64,000 nt of DNA from Octopus sinensis. Its lineage: Eukaryota. The notes under the pieces were generated by a model. It was not told where the DNA came from, did not search any database, and was given only the letters and a program-made list of their open reading frames with translations. Location of the stretch: positions 13,020,001 through 13,084,000 of the forward strand of contig NC_043024.1 in NCBI RefSeq assembly GCF_006345805.1, in the 5' to 3' direction. Shown piece by piece: positions 1 to 11,774 of the stretch; position 1 is the first letter of the stretch, and every line of letters begins with the position of its first letter. The position numbers and the translations under genes were made by a program.

Positions 1-319
1 ATATATATATATATATATATATATGCATAATGTGGGCATAGATGATTGTGTATATGCCGTAGTATATGTAGGAAACGTCTTTCCACCGCTGTATATCTTT
101 CAGTGTCATCATTATACGATCTCCATGTTACTGCAGTAAAATTCTTCCAGCCTGTTTCCGCATCGATATGTGTTGTACAACAGAGGCTGATAATTGTATT
201 AAGAGAGGCGGAAAATTGGTTTGTAACGAAAAAATATGGGTGGAGGCTCTATAAATAACTATACATATATGCATGTATATATGTACTCACATTTGTTTAC
301 ATGTGTGTGTGTACACGCA

Positions 320-351
<32 letters not shown>

Positions 352-374
352 CTATGTATATATCGGTCTAATTA

Positions 375-423
<49 letters not shown>

Positions 424-428
424 ATATA

Positions 429-463
<35 letters not shown>

Positions 464-597
464 CTATATATATATATATATAACATATATTATATATACT
501 ATATATATGTATATATATATATACATATATATATACATACATATATATATATATATATGTGTGCATGTATATATAAATAATATGTATAAATGCATCT

Positions 598-762
598 ATA
601 CGATGGGCTTCTTACAGTTTTCGTTTGTCTACCAAATCCACTCACAAGGCTTTGGTTAGCTCACGGTTATAATTGAAGACGCTCGCCCAAGTTGCCACGC
701 TGTGGGTCTGAACCCAGAACTATGTTGTTGGGAGGGAAACTTCTTAAAACACAACCGCATAC
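598..762 (-). mobile_element. tRNA-derived SINE family A (OK-like), 5' half, diverged
   Basis: The reverse complement matches the copy at 33797-34085 (caaatccactcacaaggctttgg...gaagac...gcccaag...ctgaaccc). Confidence 0.8.
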
Positions 763-839
763 ATATATATGTAAACATATATGTCTACACACACACTAAT
801 ACGCACACAAAAATAAACATACTATATATATATATATAG

Positions 840-879
<40 letters not shown>

Positions 880-886
880 TGTATAA

Positions 887-922
<36 letters not shown>

Positions 923-929
923 TAATATT

Positions 930-1200
930 TATCGCCAAGTTGACATGACAGACCAGAGAAATTGGACGAATCCTGGCGTTGATTAGCTCCGACAGGCCAT
1001 CGCCTCTAGCTAGCTGTGTGACACACAAATCTGTGTCCATTACAACCCTGTTCGATTTTGCACTTGTAGTGCCGTTAGCGATAAATGGTGGTGGTGATGT
1101 TGGTGGTGAAGACGATTCTGCTGCTAAAGTTGATAGTAGTTTTGGTAGCTGTAATGCTAATGACACTTTAGATAAAAGAGGAATTCTTGCAGAAAGGCAA
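930..1200 (-). other. Candidate exon, non-repetitive and stop-free (SLALQLPKLL...MDTDLCVTQLARGDGLSELINARIRPISL), unidentified
   Basis: A unique, higher-GC island between microsatellites with one minus frame open throughout. Splice donors are weak and I recognise no domain. Confidence 0.2.
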
Positions 1201-1207
1201 GAAGATG

Positions 1208-1240
<33 letters not shown>

Positions 1241-1903
1241 GGAGAGAGAAAGACAGATGTGTTTACTTAACGTTGACCTGTTTTTGTGAGAAAATGGCTG
1301 TTCTATGATTGTCTTCTCGCTGTACAAATCTGTGTTATAAATGCGTCTACAAAAGATTTCTGGGGTGTGTATATGTGTGCGTAGAACATCTATACTGTGT
1401 GTGTGTGTGTGTGTGTGTGTGAGTGTGTCTGGCGACGTATGTTCTCAGCCAGGTTGTGTATTTCTATGTATGTTTGGTTGTGTCTGTTGCATGTACGTGC
1501 TTTTGTGTGTAGGTTACTTGTGTTTTCCTATGTGTATGCGTTTGAGTATGTACCTGTGTATTTGTGTGTGTGTGTGAGAGTGGGAACGAGAGAAAAAGAG
1601 AGAGAGTCTCTCTGCTTTGCTTGTGTGTGCGTGTCTGGTGCATATTTTGTGTTCTCAGACTTGAGCTTGCCTGCGTGTTGCATAAATACTTATGCACGTG
1701 TATGTATGTTGTTTTTATGTTCGCACGTGACTGCTAGAAATGTATGTTCGCTTTTAGGTGTGCGTGTATATTCGAATTGAATGTGTGCATATATATATGT
1801 CTGTGTATTGTATATGTCAGTGTGTGTTACAAATGTACAAATGTGTGCTAATGTTTGAGTGTCACTATGCACACCACAAGACACCCTCACACACAAACAC
1901 ACA

Positions 1904-1948
<45 letters not shown>

Positions 1949-2459
1949 GGATGCTTCCATTGTATATTTGAGCTGTGATCTGGTGAGGAAATCATATTAC
2001 GTATTTATTTGTATATGCGTTTCTATAGGTGTGTATGTACATGTAGTACGTGTGTATACAAATGTGTGTGTACGTGTGTGTGTGTGTGTGGTTGTACTCT
2101 TAATTTTACCTGGCTTCCGCACTGTTACATATTCTTTTTTTTACTGTGGACTGTTTTGTTTTTTCTTCCACATTTTCTTTTCTTTTTAACTTTATTCCGT
2201 TTTCATTTTCTCTATTGATTAATTTTTCCCAGTTTTTTAAATTTCATTATGTTTTATTTGTTTCTGTTTGTTTGTTTACTTGAGGTCGAGTTTACTTTTG
2301 ATACAAGAATTATGAATATCAGGTGGGAATTAAACGGGTGAAGAGATAAAATTATTTAGAAATCAGCTTAAAAAAATGAATAAAGATATTTCTCGGTCTT
2401 TTTTTTTATGTTGTTAAATGTTGATGGCTTCGACTACTTTTAATATTTCAAATATTCAA

Positions 2460-2760
2460 GTCGGTGAACTGGCATAATCGTTAGCACGCCGGATACAATG
2501 TATAGCAGCATTTGATCCGTGTTTACATTTTAAGTAAATTCAGTTGAAGTCGACTTTGCCTTTCATCATTTTGGGGTCGATAAATTAAGTACCAGTTGAA
2601 TAGTGACGTTGATGTAATCAACCGTCATCTTTCTTCGAAATAGCTGGCATTGCGCCGAAGCCTTAAATCAATATTTGGAATGCTTAATACAAGGAGTTGG
2701 CAGAACCGTTAGCACGTCGGACAAAATGCTTAGCGGCAATTCAGCAAATAATAGCGTCTT
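2460..2760 (+). mobile_element. SINE family B (Deu/Nin-like central domain), one diverged copy plus a second 5' fragment
   Basis: Contains ggtgaactggcataatcgttagcacgccgg...gtcgactttgcctttcatc...ggggtcgataaattaagtaccag; homologous to 46659-46888. Confidence 0.8.
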
Positions 2761-2783
2761 ATAAGCTTAAAGCTTATAAGTCA

Positions 2784-3175
2784 TCACCGTGTAATGATTA
2801 AAGAAAATACTCTAATAACGGAGCATATAAGCCCTCGACAGGAAAAAAGCAGGTTTTCCCGTATGCATGGGACTCGAACCCACACCTTTTTTGTTTTCGC
2901 GACAAGAATGCCACGATTAAAGTCGACGCTGCTTAAGAAAATCCTTCGCAGTAAAATCACTTGAAAATTCGTTTACATAAAAAAACAACTATGAACTAAT
3001 TATAGTTCCTAAATCAGAGAGAATTAAGTTGTATGCAAGTGTAATAGTAGCATTCTTGGCCTGAAAACAAAGAGGTCTGGGTTCGAATCCCTTGCGTAAG
3101 GGAAAACCGACTTTTTTCCGTCGAGGTCTTATATAGCCCATTATTAGACTATTTTCTCAAGTCATTGCGCCGTGA
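2784..3175. repeat. Inverted repeat of about 135-bp arms (2784-2919 / 3042-3175), each with a tRNA-like B box and T-run; MITE-like
   Basis: The arms align as reverse complements (e.g. ctctaataa...ctcgac..ggaaaaaag..ggttttccc..tgca.gggactcgaaccc...caagaatgc), with a 122-bp spacer. Confidence 0.85.
3032..3098 (+). ncRNA. tRNA-Gln(CTG)-like degenerate cloverleaf (pseudo-tRNA or repeat head)
   Basis: Acceptor TATGCAA/TTGCGTA, D-arm GTGT-AATAGTA-GCAT, CTG in the anticodon-loop position, GGGTTCGAATCCC B box. The T-stem is only 3 bp, so it is not a canonical tRNA. Confidence 0.4.
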
Positions 3176-3321
3176 CACCACTCAGTTCGCTTCCAAACCA
3201 GCCGAATGGATTGACCCTGAAGAAGCTGCACAGAAAGTCGTGCCAATTTGTATCAACACTAATCTGTGTATCTGAAACACGTGTAGGATATAAATATGTA
3301 GGAGATGATAATATGCTTTAT

Positions 3322-3621
3322 CACCGTGACTGAACAGGCTATCAGATGTTGCTACACATCGCTGGTCACAATGCGCTTCGCATTGTTTTTTTTTAGCCTT
3401 CAAATGACGCCACCCCGCTGGCTAAGCGGGCCAACAGAAGAAAGAGTGAGAGAAAGTTGTGGCGAAAGAGTACAGCAGGGATCGCCCCCCCCCCTGCAGG
3501 AGCCTCGTGGAGCATTAGGTGTTTTCGCTCAATAAACACTCACAACACCCGGTCTGGGAATAGAAACCGCGATCCTACGACCGCGAGTCCGCTGCCCAAA
3601 CCACTAGGCCATTGCGCCTCC
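3322..3621 (-). mobile_element. tRNA-derived SINE family C (OR-like), full length, tail type 1
   Basis: tRNA-like head ggaggcgcaatggcctagtgg...gcggactcgcgg; perfect 14-bp TSD ATAATATGCTTTAT at 3308-3321 and 3622-3635. Confidence 0.92.
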
Positions 3622-3699
3622 ATAATATGCTTTATATCATTGTAAAATATGAGAAAATAAATTTTGAGTATGTGCAAGTTTCCGTGTTCTCTATCGTTC

Positions 3700-3900
3700 T
3701 AATTATTGCTAGTATACACTCCAGATTATATTACCGTTCAGTGAAGCGAACACTGAACACCCACCGAGGAAGTTACAGAGTGACTGACAGCTAATACTTG
3801 TCATAGACGTTAAATACTGATCGATGTGGCTAGCCGTAACCTGGAACTTAATTGAGAGCCACCACAGTATCAGTCCGAATGGTATATCCCACAAAATCTC
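3700..3900 (-). mobile_element. Possible very degraded REL-endonuclease non-LTR retrotransposon fragment
   Basis: ILWDIP then, after a frameshift, IRTDTVVA resembles the ILWDFxIQTD motif that precedes the PD-(D/E)xK endonuclease; the rest is not clearly alignable. Confidence 0.3.
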
Positions 3901-4736
3901 TATCTCTCTCGTGCACACACACATACATACACACACACATACACACATACACACATACATACAAGGATATGGGTATAACCCAGGCGATTACCCCATAGGC
4001 ATTTCATGGATAAACAACGTGTGTATCGTAGTGTTGCAAACTACCGAAGGAAGCTTAGTTGTATTTCGTTAATTACTCAAGGAGTACAGCACCAATTCAA
4101 GATACAAATCCAGTAGCCATGCCATAATCCTCATAGAGCAAAAATTAATAATTTTAATTGAGGTAAAGGGAACGCAAAGCAATGTTACGTATGTCTCCGT
4201 GAACCAACGTTTTTTTATTTCATAATAAAATACAAGTTATACATTTCAGGTAACAAAATTCGCGTTCATTCACATTGTCAAACATTTTTACATGATTCAC
4301 AGTCAGCTTATGAAATACAACCTCGGGATATACTTTCCACTGTAATATGCCCTTGTCAACAAGATACAACTAACCCCCAAATACACGTAAGTCTTTATTC
4401 TATCATCTACCGAGAATGTAATCTATCACGTTAATCAAAATGAAAGTAAAATCTGTTAAATTCCACCAACGGTTCAAACTTTGTCCCGTACATCAACAGT
4501 TCAAGCAGTGGGACGTTTTGTTTGGCGACATTTCTTCATTCACAGGCAAACACTATACAGGGTCGAAGGCGATTATAACACCGTTAAAACAAATAAGGAG
4601 TGAGGAGATATACATCAACCACCAACTCATTTCGTACACCAACTGCTTCACCTCCTCCTCCTCCAACAGCTTTTTTCTCTGCCCCTTCTCTCTAGGCCTG
4701 CTTTATTAAAAGGGGTTCGTCAACAGAAGCGACAGT

Positions 4737-4940
4737 AATATTGATTTGACTTCACGTTTATTATATTAATATATATATGTGTGTGAGTGAATGTATGTAT
4801 GTATGTATGAATTAAGTGAATAAAAGTGAATCAAATATATATATATATAATATTGATTTGATTTCACGTTTATTATATATGTGTGTGAGTAAATGTATGT
4901 ATATATGTATGAAATAATTGAATAAAAGTGAATCATATAT
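4737..4940. repeat. Tandem duplication of an approximately 110-bp unit
   Basis: taatattgatttga.ttcacgtttattata...gtgtgtgagt.aatgtatgta...gaataaaagtgaatca occurs twice in tandem. Confidence 0.9.
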
Positions 4941-5067
4941 ATATATACACATACACACACACATATATATACAATATATATATATATGTATATATATAAA
5001 TATACACAAACATACAAATATAAATGTATGTATGCATGTATGTACCACTCTCTGAATAAATGTATGC

Positions 5068-5115
<48 letters not shown>

Positions 5116-5584
5116 ATATAAAATTAGAAAGAAAGAAAAAACAAACAAAGACGTTGTTGGCTGAGATGAAGCAGTGAAGTGTTTATAATTTAAATATGTC
5201 TTGAAAAATGCGTAAATCTGTTGTGTGTTATTGCGAAAATAACATGATCTCGTTGTGATAAGAACGAAGATAATAAAATATGCAATCAGCACAAGAGAAA
5301 AATGAATATTTTTAGCAAACAATAGGGATTAAAGATTATTTGTTCAGACTATAATTCCTGTTTTATTTTCATGCAAAGAATAGAAAAAAATATTTTTGTT
5401 TTATTGTGATTTTCTTCCAATTGCTGATCAACACAATATCATCTTCAGATTATTTGCCAAACATAAATTTTATTAAATTCATATCAAATTTTGCAATATT
5501 TTTAAAGGAAGAAAACCAAATATGTTTTATACTTTTTAAAGATTTACTGACACGCCAATAGTAAATTGTACAATTACAACAACT

Positions 5585-5632
<48 letters not shown>

Positions 5633-6079
5633 TTCATGATTCAGTGCAGCCATGAGATAGAGAATAGGAAGCCAGACATAGAAAACATGACAGAGAATAG
5701 GAAGCCGGAAAGAGAAGAAACTATGCTGGATTATAGATATAGCACGCCCAGCTGACAACGATAAGGAAGAAAGGAAGAACAAAAGTCGAGAGATATGACA
5801 GGTTAGCTTGGGAAGTTAAGCTGTTGCGGTCGATGAAAAAGGTGGTAGTAATACCAATAGTAGTCGGAGCCCTGGGAACAGTGAGCAAAAATCTCGAGAA
5901 GTACGTGGAACAAATAGGGGCTGCAATAAGAGTGGAGCACTTGCAGAAAACAGCACTGCTTGGAACCACTCAAATACTCTGGAAGGTGCTCGAAAAATAA
6001 GAGGTGTTACCTTAGTTCACTGGTAGTGAACAGCTGACACCGTAGTAAATCTCCAGCGTTAGAAGCTGAGCAAAAGCAA
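5633..6079 (+). mobile_element. R4/Dong-clade non-LTR retrotransposon, 5'-truncated 3' end (REL endonuclease plus 3' UTR)
   Basis: FMIQCSHEIENRKPDI...KLCWIIDIARPAD and an open frame 5782-6000 KVERYDRLAWEVKLL...VVIPIVVGALGTV...LQKTALLGTTQILWKVLEK*. Flanked by (AAT)n (5588-5631) and (TAC)n/(TAA)n (6080-6173). Confidence 0.88.
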
Positions 6080-6117
<38 letters not shown>

Positions 6118-6174
6118 ATAATATAATAATGACGATAATGATGATAATAATAATAATGATAATAATAATAATAT

Positions 6175-6389
6175 TTTCGACTATAGGCAAAATGCCTGAA
6201 ATTTTAGGGAAAGGGTTAAGTCAATTAAATTGACCCAAGTATTCAACTGGTACTTAACCCATCAATCTTGACTGGATGAAAGGCAAAGCCGACCTCGGCG
6301 GAATTTGAACTCACAGTTTAAGCACGGACGAAATGCTGCTTAGCATTTTGCCCTTGCGTACTAACGAGTCTACCACCTCGCCGCCTTAA
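6175..6389 (-). mobile_element. SINE family B, tail type 2 ending in (ATT)n
   Basis: gatgaaaggcaaagccgacctcggcggaatttgaactc...ctcgccgcctt, matching the other family B copies. Confidence 0.88.
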
Positions 6390-6420
6390 CAATAATAAAT
6401 ATAAAAATAATGATAATTCT

Positions 6421-7140
6421 TTCTTTATTGGCCACAAGGGCTGAACACGAAAACATATAGGAAAGTACAAAACACGGGACAAGTGGGTTTTAAATTAGAA
6501 AAGGTGTAAACAATAAAAAACAAAAACAGTTAACAACAAAGTCTAACAAAATTGCCCCAAAATGGAGGAGTTCCACACAAGGACAACCAGGGCACTCCAC
6601 ACATCCGGCCACCCCGACATCCAAGGGAACGCCAGCTATGCACCCCTCTTCCCCTCAACTGCTCCGGCTTACAGATGAATATTCAGAATACGAACGTTCA
6701 CACGAGTCATTTTTGCAACATAATAATAATTAAGGAGACTCTGGAGATGTCGCATCCTCAGCACATATCTCCGCATCATTAACCACGCAATGCCCAGTCC
6801 TCCACTCAGCCGTTGTTCACAGTAGATGGACTGCCTGACGAGCAAAACATGTCCCTGTCGTAGATAGTAGAAGTGCAAGCGCTCCAACTTTATCGGGCAC
6901 GAAGTGGGGCAAGGGACGACTGTCAAGTGGTGATAGATGACAGAAGCAATGTATGCATTAGCTACCTCCGGCCGATCCTTCAGGGACAGCTTCCTCTCTT
7001 TTCATAGCTGGCTGAGATTTGCTTTCCTGATCGTCACCTCCCAGTTCTTGTCCACCTAGAAGTCTGGACCAAACCAGACCCCGAGTAATTTAACCGGTCA
7101 TTCCGTCTAGCGCCCTTCAGGTGCCGAGCAGTAAAAGAGG
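6421..7140 (-). mobile_element. L1/Tx1-clade non-LTR retrotransposon, internally deleted RT C-terminus plus 3' UTR
   Basis: Minus-strand translation PVKLLGVWFGPDF*VDKNW...KLSLKDRPEVANAYIASVIYHHLTVVPCP...KLERL...GGLGIAWLMMRR; terminal VAKMTRVNVRILNIHL* (stop at 6669); 3' end ...cttgtggccaataaagaa. Confidence 0.82.
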
Positions 7141-7560
7141 GAACGGGGAGGAAATCTTCAGCAGTCACTAGACATGTGAGAGGGACTGTTTTTTCTTAAA
7201 TCTTTCAAGACGGGCTCCTCCATCTTGTCCAATAATCTTGTCCAAATTATTTCGGGTGTAGGGGCGAATATAGCCCAGCGAAGGGCCAAACAGACACCGA
7301 AATTCCGTGGCAGGTTCCAGGTGTTTCTATTAACAACTTCGAACAGAATGTAAACCGAAAAGACGACACCAAACGGGTGTAAAATGTTTTCAAAAGGACT
7401 TAATTGGAGCGTTCGAAAACACATCCGATGTAGTTTGCAGCAAAAATAATAATGATAATAATAATAATAATAAGAGGAAGAAAGAGAGGAAGAATACATT
7501 TATACACACACACACATATTTACACAGTAGAGAGACAGATAAACACAAGTACACATATTT

Positions 7561-7607
<47 letters not shown>

Positions 7608-7860
7608 TATGTATACACACATATATATGTATACACACATATATATATATATATTATATATACACACGCATATATGTTTATATTTATAAATATATATATA
7701 TATATGTGTGTGTGTATACATATACATATATATATATATATATACATACCCAAACACTCATATACGAAAGCATATTTATACAGATACACAGATGTACACA
7801 TATGTATATACGTGTATATATACATACATATATACATGTATATACGCACACACACACACG

Positions 7861-7912
<52 letters not shown>

Positions 7913-8589
7913 ATGTTTATGCATATTTGAAGATCTTATTTATTTTTCTGTAATTCAATTTCGCGTTGCCTCATTTTGTCATTAGGTTATGCAATGAATC
8001 TTGATAAACAGAGTAGAAATTATATACACACCCTTTGATAAATAAGGGAGATGATTAGCTGTGGCATCGTTAGGAATTTTATCATGCAGGTTTTAACAAA
8101 CAATGACACAAACGTACATATTATATACACACATGTTCATAATTATTCAATAACAAGTACATATATGAATGTATACATACATAGGCGTGTGTGTGCGTGT
8201 ATTAGATGTATATATGTATATGTTTATATATATATATATATCTATATCTATATATATATAATATATATATATATATCTATATCTATCTATCTATATATAT
8301 ATATATATAATATATATACACTTCTATACACACATAGAGAGGGAAAGAGAGATAAATAGATCGAGAGATAGATAGGAGAGATAAATGGAGAGATACGTAC
8401 ATACATAGAAAGATGAGAGGAAGGATAGATAGATAGATAGATAGATAGATAGACAAAAAATAGATAGCCAAACAGATAGACGGGCAGATAGATAATGAAT
8501 AGATATATAAATCGAGAGATAGAGAGAGAGAAAAGGAGAGAGAGAGAGAGAGAGTAAGAGATAGCTAGACAAATAAAAGTCGTTTATCT

Positions 8590-8830
8590 TTTATTTGAGT
8601 CAGTCATTAGACTGCTGCCATCCTGGGGCACCGCATTGCAGAATTGTAGTCGAATGTATCGAACATAATCCTTGTGATTTCTTTCTGATACACAATGCGC
8701 TTGCAGATAGTCTTCCCGTCTCCCATATTCGCTCAGAATGCTTTGGACGCCTCGGGGTTCGAGTAAGAGTCACTTGCATCAAATGTCGTGTAAGATTGAA
8801 CTTCCTGCTACGTGGTTTCAATGCGAACAT
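8590..8830 (-). mobile_element. SINE family A, highly diverged
   Basis: cagtcattagactgctgccatcctggggcaccgc matches the family A 3' end; ctttggacgcctcgggg...gtcacttgc...ttgaac matches the 5' half. Confidence 0.55.
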
Positions 8831-9190
8831 AATGTTAGAATATAGGACATTTTGCAGCGCTTTATGCTCTGTGCGTAAGTATAAAATAGCTCTAGGTACA
8901 TGTCCGTTGGGTGAGAGACAAACTGCGATTAAAACAATACCATGTTAGTTGTAAACGTATAATGTGCTAGATTAGCCATCTAGTTATAAATACATAATGT
9001 CTTTTCCAAACGATGGGATGTTCACAGCTGGAATGTCTTTATTAATAAGACTGCCGGAAGAGCACTTAGCTGGATCGCAAGAACACGAATAACAACGATG
9101 ACTTGGCATGAAACAGTGATGTATATGTCTCTGTGTGTATTTATCTATTTATTTTGTGTGTGTGTGTGTGTGTGTCTGTATATATATATA

Positions 9191-9233
<43 letters not shown>

Positions 9234-9236
<3 letters not shown>

Positions 9237-9430
9237 AAATTAGGAAAAAACCACCTTTTATCAATTCAATAATGAAAAATTAAATTATACCATTTAGAAT
9301 AATTACATCTTATAGAAAGATTAAATATAAGATAAAACATATAGTTGTGATTAAGTAATGTGCAAAAAAAAAAACGTATATATTTGGTAGAATAATTGAA
9401 TTGATAAAAGGTGTATTTTTCTAATTTATA
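9234..9430. mobile_element. MITE-like element with about 38-bp terminal inverted repeats
   Basis: tataaattaggaaaaaaccaccttttatcaattcaata versus the reverse complement of the right end tataaattagaaaaatacaccttttatcaattcaatta; set in TA-rich flanks. Confidence 0.75.
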
Positions 9431-10062
9431 TATATATATATTATATTTTGTGAAATTTGATTTAGTATTACTAAATTGAATTTTTCCCTGTAAGTTTGGA
9501 ATAATATTCCCTCATATTATATATATATATATATACATATATATATCTTTCCTCTCCTTCTTCTTAGTTAATTCTTCCTGAAACCTTGGACAACGTAGTT
9601 TGTTGAAGATGCACAAAACCATCAGATGGACTCAACGAAGTTGGCTGTGATCATATCTTAGATCGGCCCCGGACTTGGATTAAAGAACACCGGTAACAAT
9701 AGTGGGGATGTTAGTTTCCTATGTAGGCACAACATTTGTTAGAAATGCAACAGCTTCAATTATTTGTTTACCTTCTAAAGCTAGAAGAAGTACACCTGTG
9801 GCAAGGTAGATCTAGATCTGCCAAAAGTTCAAGGCATGATGATCATGACTGGATTGCCTTGACTGTAGATATCTTCAACGAGGCCTGATTGGAGGCTATA
9901 CAACAACGTGTACAATAACACTTTATTTAATACAATGGAGGTTTTTCAGGCAGAATAAAACTGCAGATCAAGCAAGAGGCTATTTTAGTAAGAAAACACA
10001 CTAGTATAGGAATATAGGGTTTTGGGGGTCCTCACACACTCCCAGCTGCGGGTGAGGCCTCG

Positions 10063-10141
<79 letters not shown>

Positions 10142-11774
10142 AATACATTTTTGCATATAAACTTGTACAGATATATACACGTTGATACTTTCACACACAC
10201 ACAAAAATACAGAAGCACTTTCAAATATACACACAAATAATACACTAACAAACGAACCAATGAAGAGAAGCTCAGGTATATATACACACCATACATGAAG
10301 GAAGAAGTTCAGACATACATAATCACACGCACACAAGTACAAACATATGCAAGCACATACATTCTCATGAAGAAATTCAAAGAACCACAAACTGTATTTG
10401 ATTCAGACCCGGCATTTTTAACACCCAAGCCCACTTTATCTTCAATTTAACGAGATCGATAACATTATATCAGATGAAGAGCTGAGATCGATATAACACA
10501 CACACACACACACATTATTACAGCCATGCCCCAACATGACCGTAGTCCAATAACTACAAATCACCCATATATATATATATATATATATGATTAGGACTAA
10601 ATTATTTTGAAGACGTGAAGGAGCAATATTTTATAAAATTTCATTTTATAAAACCACCTTTCTTAAAAGCCTATAATTTGATAGTCTGTAATGGAAGCGG
10701 CTCGGCACTAATAATAATAATAATAATAAATATTAATGATTATTATTATTATTATTGCTATTTTTTCTTTAGTAATTGATGAAATATTTTTCGAATTTTT
10801 CTTTTTTATAGTTTTAAAATTTTTTTAAAATGTTGCCCATAATTCCCTGTCTCTATAATTTCCTATTTTATTTCTGCTTCGAAATTTCCTTTCTACACCA
10901 TTCGTCTCCATTTCCATAAATACCGCAAATTTCCATGTTAAATACCATGTTTTTCGTTTGTGGTTCTTGTTTTTCATTACTTTAACATTTTATATGACTA
11001 TTGCTGATGCTACTACGACTACTACTGCAGCTGCTACGATTACCACTACTACCGTGACTACTACAGCCACCACCACTACTACTACTGCTACCACCTCCAT
11101 TTCAACCACTACCACTACTACAATCATCATCATTATAATAGAAATTTCTAATTCATTCCTGACCTTACATTTTTTCAGAATTTTAAATAAAAACCATGGC
11201 AACGATAATATTTTCAAATAGATCGAACGCCAAGACCGAATTTTAAATTAAATTTTCTAATATAGTTTGATTTTATGTACATGCATAATTTTAGTGGTTT
11301 TTGTCTTTTCGAATTGTCATTTTTTTTTCTTAATTCTCATTCAAAAATTTCCTTTCAAAACAGAAACGATTTAAAAGTCCTTGAAGAAAAAAAAAAGTCC
11401 GCACACTAATGTTATTTAAGTAATTACTTTTAATTTTAAAGAAAAAGAATTAAGATGTAGTTTTTATATTTATTTTCATTCCTTTGTTGTTGATGTTATT
11501 TTAGTGATTAGCTTCGTTATTAATTATTTTTTGAAGTTTTATAGGAAACAACAGCAATTTACGTCGTCAGACTTAAAAGATGTTCAAGCTATCTCCCCCT
11601 ACTTGCTCTTCTTAGTTGAAGGAGTCAAAACAGGAGCAGCTGTTTGAAGGTGAACATCAGATGGGCCGCAGACCGCATTTCAGTTACTGAGAAGTTTGCT
11701 AGCAGCCAAGAATCTCTTCTTAAAACGTTTTCGAATTTGCTATATTTGTAGGACTTTTTGCAGGTTTTGGTTAC

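Noticed and set aside
3032-3098. Functional tRNA-Gln gene
   Set aside because: 3-bp T-stem, distorted anticodon stem and no standard spacing; kept only as tRNA-like.
9590-9980. Possible Tc1/mariner or Penelope coding remnant
   Set aside because: Only a vague SAPDLD similarity; stops in all frames.
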